From Lingula anatina (Eukaryota; Animalia; Brachiopoda), in contig CM120646.1 of the NCBI GenBank assembly GCA_051362555.1, positions 21,452,001 to 21,516,000 of the forward strand: DNA of 64,000 bases. The letters run 5' to 3'. Positions 41,722 through 54,089 of this stretch are shown here, one piece after another. The notes beneath the pieces are model-generated. The model was not told where the DNA came from. It worked only from the letters and a program-made list of their open reading frames with translations, and searched no databases. Both the position numbers and the translations under genes were made by a program. The stretch's first letter is position 1. The number at the start of each line of letters is the position of its first letter.

Positions 41722-44700
41722 ATGGCATCGGAGGAGTTTCTCAAGCAGAGCAAGTTGCCGTCTGATTACGAAGACAAGAAACAAAAGATGTGTCAGTTTG
41801 TGACCAGAAATGCTGACAAGAAATGTGTACTTGTGACGGTAATTACACTGTAATAAAAACATAAATCATTGCTTTGTATTTGTTGATTTAATGGCTAGAA
41901 GTTCTTGTTCATCTGAAGTTTGATTACCAGTAATCATTTATTTGTATAAATATACTGATATGTTAACCATAAAATTTGTAAAATATTTTGTCTAACTTAA
42001 TTGCTGTATGCTTATTTTATTACTTAAAATTTATTATATTTATACTGGGCTCACAGCTAGTCAGACTAAACATGTATTGGTATATAATATATGGACCAAA
42101 CGCCATGCAATGACAAGCTTTCATGAGTACAAGTTAACTAACAGATGTCTGTCTCTCACATTTCAGTCAGGCGGGACCACTGTACCACTTGAGAGTCGCA
42201 CCATACGCTACATCGATAACTTCAGTGTTGGAACGAGAGGATCAGCATCTGCAGAGTATCCTTGCACTGAGCAAGTCCAGGATGGTTTAGGGATGTGTTG
42301 TGGATTCTGCTTGATACTAGTGCCTGTTCAAAAATACAACTAGTAGAGGCAATTTGAAAGATTGGTTTTAACAAGCAGAAATCTCCTGTCCATATGTTTT
42401 TCTTAATTGGTCAGTGAAGTTTATGTTTCACAGCATATATAAAAGTGTAGGTCTTATTATGTAACATTTTTAGGTTTTTTTTTTCACCTCTAGATGAAAT
42501 TGTGATTGTCTTGACTTAAAGTTTTTTCTTTAAATTTACTTTCATTGGTAGCAGTAGTCTATACAGCTTCATCACTCAGCTACGCTGATTATGGGCCACC
42601 TGTTAACAATTTAGACCAGTGCTGCAAAGTCAGCTTTACATTGTTGGCTATCAGTTGGCAAGTTTAGCAAGCTAAGTTAAAACCCAAGGACTATTGACTT
42701 TCTGTAAAGTTTGGTACATGTAACATGCAGAAGCAGCCAGTTCTCACTTGATTTTCCTTGACTTCCTGCCATAGATATTTTCTTGCTCAGGGTTATGCAG
42801 TTCTGTTTCTTCATCGTCACCGTTCCTTGGAGCCATTTTCCAGGCATCTGTCAAAGATAAATGTACTGGATATAGTAAAATCATCACGTAACACCCTATC
42901 AGGTATGTCAGAGAGTTAAGTGTTGAGTCAATATTTACAGGTAATACGTTCAATATTTTATTAATTAGCAAATGTAAACATTTGAACAAAAATACTTTGT
43001 AAGTGAAGGATTGTTTTTCTAGTCATCAATATGCAATGAGCTTTGATTTCATTAGCAGTTGACCTTTTTTTAGCTTTATTTTATTTTAATTTTGTTTTTG
43101 AAAAATCATTTATTTTCTTATTTTTAAACAATTTTAACCTTATTACAATACTATATTACTGTTACAGTATGATATTAATTAAAATCCTTGTATACCAAAA
43201 TTATCTCCCAGTCTCAGAGGATTGGACGTCCAGGATAGCTGCCATACTGGAGAAATACAACCAGGTGAAGAGTGGCGGAACCTTGTTACAGATAGAGTTC
43301 ACCACTGTGGGGGAATATATCCACCTGCTAAAGGCAGCCGCTGATGCTATGAGACCTCTGGGGCCACGGGCCATGCTGTATCTGGCAGCCGCCGTGTCAG
43401 ATTTTTACATTCCTACGGATGAGATGGTAAGTGAACTCGTAGCCAGAGGTACACAGCAGGCGCATCTGCCTACCTCAATTTGATAATTTATTTGTATTTT
43501 CACATGGCAGGGCCCTAGCCAGAAATTTCAAAGGGGGGGGGGGGATCTTTTTTTCTGAAAAAGTGGATCTTTTACTATGAAACCTTTGTGTACCAAGATA
43601 AAATTTTACCCAGAGGGAATCTTCTCCCAGCGAAAAAGGGGGGTTCTTTTGAAACCCCCTCCCCCATTTTTATTTTATAATTTTTATTTTATAGCATTTT
43701 TTTAAGTAATTACAAGAGGATACTGTCGTAGCGTTGAGGTAATGGAAAATATTTAGATATTAATGTTTTTTATTAGCTATTATTTGTCCTGTTAATTTTC
43801 ACAAATATTTTTAAAACTTAATTAGAAAAGTGTTCCATGTCTCACCCATTTAAAGTTTACCCCCTCCCTAACTATAATTGTGAACTGTTTTGTTGTTTTT
43901 ATTCAATATGAAGGGATTCTTTCATCTTACTTTATAATTTGTATTTGTACATATTTCACCTTGCAGCCTGAGCACAAGATCCAGTCTGGTAACGGACCAC
44001 TGCAGATCTCACTCCAACTCGTCCCTAAGATGCTAAAACCTCTCGTCAAGGAGTGGATACCTCAGGCATTTGTTATTTCTTTCAAGGTATTTTGACGATG
44101 AAAACATTTTCTTTCTTTCTAAAAGATGGTAAAACTATTTTGAATCAATGCAAAAAAAAGCATTCAGACCCGGACTGTTTCGATTTCTGGCTACAGCCAA
44201 AGACTATGTGTGTTACAAAAAATATTTAGGTAAATGTGAAATTGTGTATAAAGGTGTCTTTATTTATTTCCAGCTGGAAACAGACCCTAGCCTTCTTCTA
44301 AAGAAAGCAAAAGAAGCACTTGAAAAGTACAGCCATCAGGTAAGTATATTACATATTCAGTTTAAACTACCTTGCATAGATTGCATAGATTAACACTTTT
44401 GGTAAAGAGACTAATCTTTATGTTTATTGGTGCTGAGGTAATACCTTTAAAACTGTTTCCTAATTTCTATTTTTTTAATCTTTAGTAGTAGTTAAAGGGT
44501 TCTTTTTTTTTTTTTTTAATTTCTAACATCATCCATCTCCACATACTTGCAGATATAGGAATCATTCAATTCTTTCCCCCTAATTTCTTATTCTGTTTTC
44601 TATCTCCAGGTAGTTATAGGAAACATCCTTGAGACTCGTAAAGAACTAGTCTGGGTGGTCACTGCCACAGAGTCCAGTCCATTTCAGATCAAACTGACCC

Positions 44701-44801
44701 CTGAGGAAGCAGATAGTGGCTTGGAAATAGAACAGTACATTACTGAATACCTGGCAAAGATGCATGAAGCTTTTATAACACAAGCTGACAGTGTGAAATG
44801 A
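41722..44801 (+). CDS. PPCS: Phosphopantothenate--cysteine ligase (308 aa)
   Basis: Exons 41722-41838, 42167-42255, 42775-42902, 43212-43426, 43967-44086, 44274-44339, 44610-44801 (927 nt, in frame). Motifs [72 protein letters not shown]. Confidence 0.96.
42256..42774 (+). other. U12-type (minor spliceosome) GT-AG intron in PPCS
   Basis: 5' site GTATCCTT at 42256; branch sequence TTCCTTGAC at 42754-42762, ~10 nt before the AG at 42773-42774; splicing restores SASAE/YFL. Confidence 0.88.
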
Positions 44802-45326
44802 ATACTGGAGCAGGGCGTGGGATTTTTTAAAAATAAAAGCCTGAAGCAAAGTTGGATTAGCAGGAATTATATGATAGTTCATATATCATGTCTAATGTTT
44901 TTATGGCTGCGGGTTTTTGGTTAGTGCTAAGCTGATAGGGGTTACGAACGCACCATTAAATCTAGCTTTCTAGGAGCAATAGTAGTGGATAAGAAAGGTC
45001 TCATAAACGATATTTACCTTTTTTTATCTCGGTCGTCGAATTTTAGAGCACAATCACCGAAATAATGACTCAAGCCACGATTTCGTGGCATTTCATGCTC
45101 GTAATAAATATATCTATTTTTCTCTTTTGTGGTCTGAATATGAAAAAGTGAAGTTCGTCAGTTTAATGTATAATTCTCTCTTTTAACGTGAAAACTGCAA
45201 CACACGTTGGTATATATACCAGTACCAGAACTGTCTACTAGTATGTTCAAATGAAGGCATGTCTGCATTTTCCAAATTGCTTTATTCCATCCAATGTTAA
45301 AGCACGTTTTACAGGTATATCTTTAA

Positions 45327-46958
45327 TCAATAACCACTGTCAAACTCCTCAAAATCGACCATGTTGTCTCCATTTACGTCCATCTTGACAAATTCGACAT
45401 CAAAATTCAAAGCGGATCTCTTGGCACCGCGCAGCTTCACAACTGCAGTAAAGAATTCGTCCTTTGAAATGTGATCATCTCTGAAACGTGTAAAAAGATA
45501 ATACAACAGGTGAATCAGGTTGTCGAATGGCAACTTAAAATGTTTCTGCTTAATGTCTACTTCAGTAAATCTCTTTTGACACCGACTTGTCTCCGCTAAG
45601 AAATTTCACAGCAAGTGTGAAAAAAATAACATCCATGGCCATAGATAGGCCTACATCTACATGTAGAAGAGAACAGGTCATTGCAACTCAAGGGTAATTG
45701 TTTTGATTATCCACAAAAACAAATTGAAATGATTTGAGCAGGTTTATTAACTATCTTTCAATTGACTTTCATTAATGAAAGTCAGTAACAGGAATGTAGC
45801 CTACCCATTTATATTGCTACTGTTTTCTCTTACCCGTCAATGTCAATGTTACTGAATGTGTCTCTGTACACACCGAATGTATTGAACAGTTTCATGAATT
45901 ATGTCATGTTTCTGTAGGGTAGTATGTATGAAAGAGTTAGTAACGGGTATGTATTCATTTCTAGTAAAACTTACTCTCTTACCCGTCAATGTCAATGTTT
46001 CTGAATACGTCTCTGGGGTTAACGACATGTTTCGACAAGGGACGTGCCAGCGATCTCTTGCGAAGGCACGTGCATGTAGCTGATCGACTATTGAAAAAGA
46101 AGATATGCTATTCATGTGCGAGTTAAGTCAATATTTTTAGTCAATATTTCATACAAATGACCATTAACGAATGATCTACGCATGTCACTGACTAATAGGC
46201 CTAATAGAGCTGCCACTCCTGTATGACTCAGAACAAGACCCAGCAATTCGTTCCGTAAGATGTGTTTTTTTCACAGAAACATAATATTGTAATGCTGGGA
46301 GGGGCATATTAAACCTGCTTGGCTGCTATATTCACTATAAGTAACTTTTTTTTGCTTTTCTCAGTATTTAGAATGGCTGCCAGTAATGAAAAAATCAACT
46401 TTAAAATAGAACAAAATCTTAACATATGCAAGTAAGGCCTGCTCACAAAAGGGAACATACCGAATACTTAAGGATAACGCTTCAAGTGTACTTACAACCA
46501 GGACCCGCCCTCTACTCTGACATCGGAGCACCCGGATCTGCAGCCACCTTGGCAGGCGCAACCGAAAATGTTGCACGAGCCTACCCCACAATAGTAAGCT
46601 GTCTGAAAAATTATGCGCAAACGATATGAATTTGGGCCATTATTAAACAGGAAATAGGGACAAAAAGCTATACCCTTGGATCTCAAAGAAATATAAATCA
46701 CCCGACTGTACTATAATACCTGTAATTATTGTTGTTGTCGGAATCTAATAAATACAATCATAACAACAAACAAAATAACAACTGAAAATTATTGAAATTT
46801 CTTGTACTGTTTCTAAATTAGACATAAAACAATCTTACTGAGCTACAGTCTGCACAGAAGCCTCCACTGACAGAAACACAGCACGCCGCTTGAGCGTGGT
46901 TAACAACAAGTGCTGCAGAAAAAGCTGCAACAACAATGGTTACTGGCAAACAAGCCAT
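45327..46958 (-). CDS. Mytimycin/Diedel-like 12-Cys secreted peptide precursor with C-terminal EF-hand pair, copy A (161 aa)
   Basis: Exons 46958-46839, 46602-46496, 46087-45983, 45480-45327: MACLPVTIVVAAFSAALVVNHAQA/ACCVSVSGGFCADCSSTAYYCGVGSCNIFGCACQGGCRSGCSDVRVEGGSWFRSATCTCL-RKR-SLARPLSKHVVNPRDVFRNIDIDGDDHISKDEFFTAVVKLRGAKRSALNFDVEFVKMDVNGDNMVDFEEFDSGY*. Minus-strand AATAAA at ~45281. Confidence 0.88.
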
Positions 46959-47323
46959 CTTCTGGAATAAGAAAAAGATGAAGATATTAGATGTGCACCT
47001 TTCGACGCCCTTACCCCAACAAGACTTTTGGCCACATCAGTCAGAGATCTGGATACACTGGGGTGCCTTCTAAGTGCCTGTTGCCAACATGATAATATTC
47101 ACCATTTCAAAATAAGATGAATGTCATCACAAAAGCAAAAGCTTTTAATGTAATATAACCTTCCTGTTCTACGAATAATATGATGGTGACCAGCTAAATT
47201 GAAATGGGGAAATCAATAATTTTCGCTTTCTTTACCATTTCTTTTTCTCCCGGAGCCAAACTACGGTTTAATTTGAAACTCTATAATACTGACTGCATAA
47301 ACTCGGCTTGTACATCTACCTAC

Positions 47324-47370
47324 CTGTGGTTGCTTTTGTCGAATGAACGATTTTCTGATATATTTTATAT
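47324..47370 (-). promoter_or_regulatory. Candidate core promoter and ~21-nt non-coding exon of copy A
   Basis: Minus strand: TATAAAA (47369), Inr-like TCATTC (47346-47341), donor CAG|GTAGGT at 47324/47323; acceptor cttattccag 3 nt before the ATG. Homologous donors at ~52914, ~61849, ~48590 and ~63950. Confidence 0.5.
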
Positions 47371-48126
47371 CAATAAGAACAATCTTTTTCTGTACCATAT
47401 CACTCACATCAGCGCTGTATTATGCATACACAGTCATTAACGTTGTTTTTATTTCACAAATACTAAATGACATTTTAAACCATTGTTTTTCTTCACTATG
47501 GTGTGTAGTTTTATTCCCAGCGAGACATTTTCGTATTAAATTAATGCCATCACTAAGCTTGCCTCTAGTACAGAGCATTTGATGAAAGGTATAAAAGTGG
47601 TGACTGGCTTGTTTTTCTTTTCATAACGGCAGAATAACTTTGTCAATCTTCTCAGAGTTTTAGTTGGCAAAAACTTAATTAAACAACAAATATATTTTGA
47701 TTAGGTTCGGGCCGTATTGAAATAAAGTGAGAGACACGTACAGTGTTTTACATGCACTACCTTGTGCATAATTATTGATAATAGATCAAATAAAATAATT
47801 GATTTTTAAAAAGTATTGTAACTAAATAAGCCAATGGAAGTGGTTCCTGTGATATTAAAAACAATTTTAGTCTTTTTCTGAACCGGGAAATGGAAATTCG
47901 ACAGCAATTATTCAAGAATCTACGTCATCATCCTTACTGCAACGCTCTTGAGAACGTTTTAAACAGGTTAGAGCTGTATGCAAAAGGAAAAACATCTGTA
48001 TTTTGTGGATCACTTGATTTCATTGTTTAAAGCACATTATATACAGGTGTACATGTATCTTCAATTATTATTGACCACCGCTAAACCCATCAAAAGCGAG
48101 CATGTTGTCTCTCATGTTGTCTCCGT

Positions 48127-48274
48127 CTATACAAATTCTTCGTCAAATTCGATCATATTGTCTCCATTTAAGTCCATCTTTACAAATTCGTCATCGAAAT
48201 TCAAAGCGGATCTCTTGGCACCGCGCAACTTCACAACTGCATCCAGGAATTCGTCCTTGGAAATGTGATCATCT
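48127..48274 (-). pseudogene. Orphan EF-hand terminal exon of the peptide family (deletion derivative or alternative last exon of copy B)
   Basis: Intact acceptor cacgtttcag, frame DDHISKDEFLDAVVKLRGAKRSALNFDDEFVKMDLNGDNMIEFDEEFV*; no exons 1-3 between it and the homologous promoter/UTR donor at ~48590. Confidence 0.7.
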
Positions 48275-49164
48275 CTGAAACGTGTGATAAGATAATGCAA
48301 CAGGTGAATCGGTTTGTTGAATCACAAATGTTTCTGCGTCTACACTGAATTCTGCGTCTACACTGAATATGATAGTATTTACCTTTTTTTTCTGGATTCA
48401 CGGCGTAGATGGAGCAATTTCAATAATTTTCCTATTTTGCAAATGACAAGGTGATGACCAGCTCATTACAATTTAGAACTTTCTCTTTTCCGCAATTCTT
48501 CTCAACCATTCCTTGTTTTTCCGACGTTGCTTTAATTTGATTTAAACCCCTATGCTAGTACACGCGGAGCTGCATTAACACGACCTACCTGTGGTTAAAT
48601 TTGTCATATATGGAATAAAGGGCGTTCTGCTATACATTATATCTATAATGACATTATTTTTCTACATTGGTTGCAAATTGTCAGCGTTGTGTTTTTGCAT
48701 CCCGCACGCAGTAATAAACGCTGCTTTTTCTGACATAAAGCTTTTGTTAGCATCTTCAGTGTTTTTGTCCATATAGCAAAAAACTGCATGAATCTACAGC
48801 TGGAAATTGTGGACCTCACTGAAATAAAGTGAGACACACGTATCGCTACCTTGTGCAGAATGATGAATTAAAAACTCAATGTATACATAATTTTCTAAAA
48901 CTATTGTGGCACAAGCTTGAAACAAACCACAGGCAATTTTCTTATTTTAATAATTTAAAAATTAATAATTTTGTCTTTTGCGGTCCGAACCAGGAAATTA
49001 TAATGGAAGAACGGCAGAAATATCGCAAAAATCTACTTTATCGAGCAGACGACCACACATGTTGTTACATGGAATTGAATACAATAAAGTGAAAACATTG
49101 ATAAATTATCCAAATCGCTTTATTCTGATTTTGACGGTGCCATTTAGGACATGTTTATCTTCAA

Positions 49165-52100
49165 TCACTGATCACCGTCAAACTCATCAAATTCGATCTT
49201 GTTGTCTCCATTTACGTCCATCTTGACAAATTCTACATCGAAATTCAATGCAGATCTCTTGGCACCGCGCAACTTCACAACTTCATCCAGGAATTCGTCC
49301 TTGGAAATGTGATCATCTCTGAAACGTGTGATAAGATAATGCAACAGGTGAATTGGTTTGTTGAATCACAACTTCAAATGTTTCTGCTTAATGTTTACTT
49401 CAGCGAATTTCTTTTGACGCAGTTTTACCTCCGCTTAGAAATTTTATAGCAGGTGAGAAAAAAAAAAATAACATTCATGACCATATATCTAGAAGAGAAT
49501 AGGTGATTGCAACTCAAGGATAATTATTTTGATAATCCACATAAAGAAACTTAAATGATTTGAGCAGGTTCATAAATCTTTCAATTGATTTTTATTTATG
49601 AAAGTCCAAGGAACAGGAATGTTCCAATTTCTAGTGCTATTGCTTTTTCTTACCCGTCAATGTCAATTTTTCTGAATACGTCTCTGGGGTTAACGACATG
49701 TTTCGACAAGGGGCGTGCTAGCGATCTCTTGTTTATGCACGTGCATGTAGCTGATCGACTATTGAAAAAGAAGATATGCTATTCATAAGCTAGATAAGTC
49801 AATATTTAGACTGCCACTCCTGTTTGACCCAGAACAAGACCTAGCAATTTGTTCCATAAGATGTTTTTTGTCACAGAAACCGAATATTGTAATGTTTGGG
49901 GGGGGGGGGGGGGGGGGGGGGGGGCGTATTAAATCTTTTTGGCTGCTATATACACTGTAAGTAACTTTTTTTTGCTTTTCGTAGTTTTCAGAAAAGCTGT
50001 CAATAATGAAATAATCAACCTTAAAACAGAACAAAATCTTAACAAATGCAGGTAAGGCCTTCTCTCAAAAATGCAATTAAACGGAAAAGACCGCATACTT
50101 TGGGATAAATCTTCGCCTGTACTTACAACCAGCCTCCGCTCTCTACTCTGATATCGGAGCACCCGGACCTGCAGCCACCTTGGCAGGCGCAACCGAATAT
50201 GTTGCACGAACCTACCCCACAAAATATGTCACCCTGAAAATGATAGAAGTACGATATAAAATTGCACCATTATTGTTATCCAGGAAAGGAAGACAAGCTA
50301 TTCACTTTGATTGCAAAATAAAAGAAAGCATATGGATGCCGAACATGTAGCCTACCGTATTCATTGTTTTACATAGAATGTCATTAAATATAACTAGTCT
50401 GCAACTGGCTCTTCAGCCAGTGGCGAAGGATTCCCCTACAAATGACCTTTGAAAATGAAGGCAATGGGCACTTACAAGGTCATGCAAAGGTCACGGGTTA
50501 AATTTGACCCCATATTCTGAAAGAGCATGTGCGAATTGGGGGGGGGGGGGGGGGGGGGGGGGCAAAACCACTTTTAGCCCACGTCAATACTTCTCCATGA
50601 AATAGCCAAATGACCATGAAAATGAGGGTCAAGGTCAAATTTGACATTTGATTTGGCGGTTTTGGGTATATGTTTGGGGTAGTTTACTAAGCATGCTATG
50701 ACCAAAAACCAGTATTTCATGGAGAAATTGCCGTAGTCACGATTTCTGCAATGTCATAAATATTTAAAAATCTATATTTAAAAAAGTTATTAGGCAGTCG
50801 CTATGAAAGTATAGTTAATCTTAGATAAATATATAAGGCAACCTTTGCCACTAAGATCAGGGCTCTGGGCCTTCTGGTTTTTGAGATCTCGGAAACAAAC
50901 CCGTTTTGAGCCGGTTTGGCCATTACCCATTAGCGACCTTGTCTTTGACCTACTTGCATAAAAGTAGGTCAATATCTAGAGATGTAGCTCAGTATCATTA
51001 TCCATAAGGCCCTTAGCCACACGACTTTAGGCTTAATGGCAATTTCAAATTTTACACATTTTGCCTTTAAAAGCCCCTTGAAAAGTAGGTCAATGTCACT
51101 GAAACTGGGTCTGTGGCATTTTCTTACCATAGGCTACCTATGATAATTATTTCAGTGGCGGAGGATTCCCTTGCAAAATAGGGGTGGAATGACCTTGAAG
51201 AAAAAGGTCAATTACAAGGCCATGTGCTAAATCTGATCCCATATTCTGAAACAGCATATGTGAATTAGGGAAGTTGGTCAACAATACATCAGTTTTAGCC
51301 CAAGTGGATATGTCACCTTGAAATGTCCAAATAAACTTGAAATTGAAGGTCAAGGTCAGATTTGACATTTGATTTGGGGATGTTGAGTATAGGTTTTGGG
51401 TACTTTACTATAGCATGCTATGATCTAAAATCAGTATTTCCTGGAGAAATTATCCAAGTTACAATTTCTGCGACATCATGAATATTTAAAAATCTATATT
51501 TAAAAAACGTATCAAGCAATTGCTAAGAAAAATAAGCAGTTTGGCCATTAGCGACCTTAACCTTGACCTACTTAAATAAAAGTAGGTCAATATCTGGAGA
51601 TTAACATCAGTATTATTGCCATAAGGCCATTAGCCATATGGCTTATACTTTAGGCATAATTGCAATTTCAAATTTTACAAATTTCGTCTTTAAATGCCCC
51701 TGTGACCTTGAAAAGTGGATCAAGGTCACTGTTGCTGGGTGTATAGCATATTCTGACCATAGGCTACCTATGATAATTATTTCAATTTTATTTTGCGAAA
51801 AAAAAAAACGTGTGGAAAGAAAAATGTCCATATGACCTTGAAATTGAAGGTCAAGGTCAAATTTGACATTTGAGTTGGGTATATATTTGGGGTAGTTTAC
51901 TATAGCATGTTATCACAAAAAATCAGGATTTCATGGAGAAATTGACAAAGTCACTATTTCTGTGAAATTATTAATATTTAAAAATCTATATTAAAAAAAC
52001 TAATCAGTTAATTGTCAATATTATAAGCAACTGCATTAGATAGATCCCCAGGGCAACTTTTTACATCATCTTTGTGGCTCTGTGACATCTGGTTTACCCC

Positions 52101-52702
52101 CTGCCGAATGTCAACCATTTGGAGCATATCGTGCAATAAGTTGACCTTGACATGACCTATTTCCCTAAAATCAGGTCACACGATATAAAATTAATGTGTG
52201 ACCTCACCTATGAAAGGATTTGTCAAAATGTTGAAAACGCTAGGAGATATTGCATTTTGAAATTTGCAAAAAAAAAAAATCACTTTAAAAGGCTCTGTGA
52301 CCTTGAAAATTAGGTCAAGGTCAATGAAAATGGGAAATCTGGAATAACTTTTCATAGGGTATCAGTATAAATTTTTTTCAGAATTTTAGAAAGAAAATTT
52401 TTGACGAAAAATAATAATAACAGGAAAAACAATAGTATTCCCCTATGGGGAATCCTAACTATACTAATAACACCAAAAACAATAGTATTCCCCTATGGGG
52501 AATCCTAATCATAACACCGAGCAAGTTACTACTGAAAACTGTGTCGATTTCTTGTGTTTCTAAATTATACATAAAATAATCATACTTCGCTACAGTCTCC
52601 ACAGAAATTTGTCCTAACAGTGGTACAGCATACTGCTTGAGTATGTTTTATAACAAGGGCTGTGGATAACGCCGCAACAATGGTAACCAACAAACAACCC
52701 AT
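49165..52702 (-). CDS. Mytimycin/Diedel-like 12-Cys precursor with EF-hand pair, copy B (160 aa)
   Basis: Exons 52702-52586, 50233-50127, 49758-49654, 49318-49165: MGCLLVTIVAALSTALVIKHTQA/VCCTTVRTNFCGDCSEGDIFCGVGSCNIFGCACQGGCRSGCSDIRVESGGWFRSATCTCIN-KR-...DIDGDDHISKDE...GAKRSA...DVNGDNKIEFDEFDGDQ*. Confidence 0.87.
50394..52508. mobile_element. 2.1-kb non-autonomous element (Helentron/HINE-like) in intron 1 of copy B
   Basis: Absent from the paralogous intron of copy D (empty site ataa|tcat at ~61365). Subterminal inverted repeat AGGATTCCCC (~50426) / GGGGAATCCT (~52497), terminal hairpin ATTCCCCTATGGGGAAT (duplicated), internal ~735-bp tandem units rich in TGACCTTG/CAAGGTCA. Confidence 0.7.
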
Positions 52703-54089
52703 CTTCTGAAATAAGAAGAATGAAGATATTAGATAGGAGGCATTCGACGCCCTTCCCCCAACAAGATTTTGACCACATCAGTCAGAAGACCAGAATACAG
52801 TAGGGGTGCCCTCTAAGCACCGGTCCTCTACTTGGGACACCGTTACAAATCAGGATATATGGTTTGACTCGAAACTCTATGCCTGCATCAACTCGGCTTG
52901 TGCATCTACCTACATGTGGCTGGTTCTGTCGAATGAATGATGTCCTGATATGTTATTTATCTATAATGACAATCTTTTTACTGCACCATCACTGTCATCA
53001 GCGCTAAATTTTACGTACGCAGTTATAACGTTGTTTTTATTTCACAAATGCAAAATGACATTGCTAACCTTACCAGTGTTTTAGTCTCTTTGGTAAAAGC
53101 TCCATAAAATTACAATTGGTATTTTACTAGATATCGGGAAGTACTGCAATTAAGCGATGAAGTCACACGTATTACTAGTACCTTGTAAAGATGATTGATA
53201 ACATAATGAACTATTTTCACAATGAACTGCGCGGACACACTGATCACCAAATGCCTTCTACAAGGGACATTCACAAATTGTTTAACATAAAATTCGAGCT
53301 AATAAATACGTCCTGGGGTCCTTAACGGCCCTATCCGGTACGGGTATGGTTAACCCAGGATTGCCGTTGGCGCAGAAGAATATGCTTTCAGTGTAATATC
53401 ATTTTCTTGTTCTACAAATTATATGATGGTGACGGCCTCGATTGCAATTTGGAAATTATTGATTTCCGCTTTTCCCCACTTTTTAAAATCTTGCCCTTGA
53501 AACACGATTTTCATTGACACCCATGGCATCTACCTATTAGTGGTTCATATTGAACTGCCATGTAGTGTATTCTATATTATAACAACCTTTTCCTGTATTG
53601 TTTGCATGTCACCAGCGCTGTATTTTACATTAGACCCGTATGCAGTAAATTACGCTTCTTTTTCCTTTCATAACAGCAAAATAGCTTTGTCAATCTGTCA
53701 GAGTTTGAGTTGGTAAAAACTGCATAAAACTACAAATGTATTTCGACTAGTTTCGGACTGTATTGAAATACAATGATAGACAAGTATTACATGTACTACC
53801 TTGTGCAAAATGATTGATAACAAATAAAATGAATAAATAATTTTCTAAAATAATTGCAGCTAAAATCAGACCATGAATGGGATTCCTATAATATTAGATA
53901 ATTTGTCTTCTTCGATCTGAAACAGGAAATGGAAATTCGATAGCAATTATTAAAGAAAACTACGTTAATATAAAGACTGCAACGCTCGTGGGAACGTTTA
54001 AAATGGGCTAGAACTGTAAACAATAAAGTGAAAACATGCCTTAATTTTGTGGATGGCTTTCTTTCATTGTTTAAAGCACATTTTTTTCA

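Noticed and set aside
45327-45533. Stand-alone calmodulin-like genes suggested by short EF-hand ORFs (also 54090, 63320)
   Set aside because: They are terminal exons of the Cys-peptide precursor; the first EF loop is completed only by splicing from exon 3.
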